Source of the DNA: a virus
Length of the DNA: 64,000 nucleotides
Strand: one strand, 5' to 3'
IMG/VR virus record: IMGVR_UViG_3300026097_001223
Coordinates: 96,001-160,000 of that record
The notes beneath the pieces are model-generated. The model saw only the letters and a program-made list of their open reading frames with translations. It was not told the origin of the DNA and ran no database searches. The translations under genes were made by a program, and so were the position numbers. Shown here one piece after another: positions 62,252-64,000 of this stretch (positions within the stretch are counted from its first letter, which is position 1; every line of letters begins with the position of its first letter).

Positions 62252-62971
62252 CAGTTGTTTCCATAATTGTTCAAACCAATCAAGGTTGCTGTTTTCTTGT
62301 ACTCGAACCCATGAACGGTAACCTTGATTCTTTTCCAAAAACTCTGTGTAAATTTGCTCCAGGCTGTCTGTTGGTTCAAACGTCTTGCTAAGAAAACACG
62401 CTACACTGTTTAACTCGGCGATAAAAGTATCATAGCAGAAAAAATTTTCAAAAGCAAAGTCGTAACATGAATTATTGCACGGTTGCCAATCATGTGAAAA
62501 CTGTGTGATCTTATGTATAAACAAACTTTCAAGTTCTTGAACTGTGTACACAGACTTGTTGCCAATGTCGGCCTGTAAACTGGCTAACAGTTGTCTACCT
62601 TGCTCGCAGGCTAGTAGTTGTGATTCGGTATCTTGAGCTAACTCTCCGAGGTTGATATTATTACCGTTTGTTCGTGCATAATGATTTATCAATACCAGCG
62701 GATATAATTTACTAGGCACAACAATACGTATTACCTGTTCCCCTGGATTATAACTTAGTTTTTTCCCGCTCCAATGCCAGGCCTGCACAGGTCTGTTATT
62801 AAAATCAGAATGCCAGGTCCCATGGCTGTTGCCATTGTTTGTAAACCAGTTGTCATCGGCATATACTGGGTCGTTGAGCACGAATCTCGAAATAATTCTT
62901 TCCAGGAAATTACCATGGCTGCCGGCAACAAAGTCAATTTTTATTTTGGTAAAATTCTTGCCTTTTTGCAT
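62228..62971 (-). CDS. Hypothetical protein, possibly sulfotransferase-like P-loop fold
   Basis: IDFVAGSHGNFLE N-terminal loop. Confidence 0.5.
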   Translation of the reverse strand: MQKGKNFTKIKIDFVAGSHGNFLERIISRFVLNDPVYADDNWFTNNGNSHGTWHSDFNNRPVQAWHWSGKKLSYNPGEQVIRIVVPSKLYPLVLINHYARTNGNNINLGELAQDTESQLLACEQGRQLLASLQADIGNKSVYTVQELESLFIHKITQFSHDWQPCNNSCYDFAFENFFCYDTFIAELNSVACFLSKTFEPTDSLEQIYTEFLEKNQGYRSWVRVQENSNLDWFEQLWKQLLESGQLN

Positions 62972-63608
62972 GATGGTAGTTCACTCTGCTTCGAACGTGG
63001 TTCTTGGTAAAAAGTTTGCCACGGTAATAAACTTCGTCGGGACTGTGACTTCGGCTTAATGCAACCTGCCAGATATGTTTTGCATGTTCAGGAAAATTCA
63101 TACCTAACACATTTTGTAGAATTTGCCAGCCATTGTCGTTGAGCATGTCAGCTAATGTTACTGTACTTGCACCCGATATTGTAACGCCGTTGTTACCGTG
63201 TAAAGAAACTTCGCATTCATGCTCAATTTTTTTACACATTTCTTGCACAGTTAACTTTTCTGCCGAATTAAACATAAATGATTTTACAATATGTTCCCAG
63301 GCTCTTTTAACACATTGCTCGATGTCTGTGTGGTCATGTAAAATGTAAATAGCTTTATCGTAGTCGTCAAGCATATCCTCACGTCGTGACAGCACCCACT
63401 GAAATTCAGAAATTCTTTTTAGTCCCGAGTGTTCCTTGTACACCTGATATTTCCCTGGATAATTTCCAGGATTTTTATTTTGTATAGTCCTGCCTGTGTA
63501 CGAATCAATGTTCCAAGATTGCTGGACATCTGGATTTAACATTCTTATGAGATATTGTTGAACAAAATCTGTGCGTACTCCGCCAGGACCGGAAACCAGT
63601 ATATTCAT
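62934..63608 (-). CDS. Hypothetical P-loop-like protein
   Basis: ILVSGPGGVRTDFV; TATAAATA (minus) 6 nt upstream. Confidence 0.55.
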   Translation of the reverse strand: MNILVSGPGGVRTDFVQQYLIRMLNPDVQQSWNIDSYTGRTIQNKNPGNYPGKYQVYKEHSGLKRISEFQWVLSRREDMLDDYDKAIYILHDHTDIEQCVKRAWEHIVKSFMFNSAEKLTVQEMCKKIEHECEVSLHGNNGVTISGASTVTLADMLNDNGWQILQNVLGMNFPEHAKHIWQVALSRSHSPDEVYYRGKLFTKNHVRSRVNYHHAKRQEFYQNKN

Positions 63609-63614
63609 AATGTC

Positions 63615-63631
63615 TATTTATAAACTAAATA
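63615..63631. promoter_or_regulatory. Back-to-back divergent late promoters
   Basis: TATTTATA 63615-63622 (minus strand TATAAATA) and TAAATA 63626-63631 (plus). Confidence 0.7.
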
Positions 63632-63636
63632 GTTGT

Positions 63637-64000
63637 ATGAAAGAAGATATCTTCAAAGGCGACACTGATTATTGGCAGGTAGCCGAACTTATAAAAAATG
63701 TATACTTTAGCGAAGGAACGCTGGCTACGCTCATGGATTATGAACGTGTACTCGATCAGCTAGACATCTATGCTTTTCGTAATTGGGCACTAGGTGAACT
63801 GGTTGACGGTCCAGACATTTCGCGCTATAAGGTGAGTGCTACCTGGATGTATCCAATAAAAAACATGCCAGATCCTAGAGGCGCTGCTAGATTGTTGCCG
63901 TTTGATGCAGAAGTAAAATATAAAAAAACCACAATCACTGTGCCTATCAAAGTCACAGATCCCAGTGACTTTCGCCCGGGAACACACAAGCCTAAATTGA
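63637..64000 (+). CDS. Hypothetical phage protein, runs off the window end
   Basis: MKEDIFKGDTDYWQVAELIKNVYFSEGTLATLMDYERVLDQLDIYAFRNWALGELVDGP...; open to the end. Confidence 0.7.
   Translation, partial: MKEDIFKGDTDYWQVAELIKNVYFSEGTLATLMDYERVLDQLDIYAFRNWALGELVDGPDISRYKVSATWMYPIKNMPDPRGAARLLPFDAEVKYKKTTITVPIKVTDPSDFRPGTHKPKL

Noticed and set aside
1-64000. Interpretation as a bacterial chromosome segment
   Set aside because: Host-like genes are isolated among many small unknown ORFs, T4-type late promoters, baseplate and fibre genes and an RFC-type loader; no normal housekeeping operons are present.
1-64000. CRISPR array, integrase/transposase, reverse transcriptase or DGR
   Set aside because: No regularly spaced repeat-spacer array and no recognisable recombinase, transposase or RT motifs. 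Repeats found are protein-coding.
1-64000. Stop-codon reassignment
   Set aside because: Recognisable genes are full length under the standard code; TAA, TAG and TGA all terminate genes.

Overview
The window looks like part of a very large tailed-phage (T4-like or jumbo myovirus-type) genome, not a cellular chromosome. Evidence: gene-dense short ORFs, recurring T4-type late promoters (TAAATA), sigma70-type early promoters, baseplate and fibre proteins, a clamp-loader subunit, a GroES-like co-chaperonin and five tRNA genes. A circularly permuted two-piece tmRNA of the alphaproteobacterial type points to an aquatic alphaproteobacterial host (inference). Host-like accessory genes include rpsU, hsp20, clpS, uvsE, nadE, peroxiredoxin, rubrerythrin, erpA/iscA, tctA/tctB and a stand-alone N-terminal fragment of DnaE. 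There are also many tailoring enzymes: UDP-sugar dehydrogenase, 2 amidinotransferases, 3 radical SAM proteins, 2OG-Fe(II) oxygenases, a halogenase, and sulfotransferase-, SGNH- and glycosyltransferase-like proteins. The standout system is an apparent phage-encoded vitamin B12 uptake operon at 24917-27376: promoter, tRNA-Ile2, class-II cobalamin riboswitch with a visible kissing loop, BtuB-like receptor, DUF6580-like membrane protein whose stop codon lies inside tRNA-Arg. Several other RNA-level control elements are visible, including a ROSE-like thermometer, an SD-occluding hairpin and probable leaderless late mRNAs. All family calls come from motif recognition by eye; no database searches or folding programs were run.
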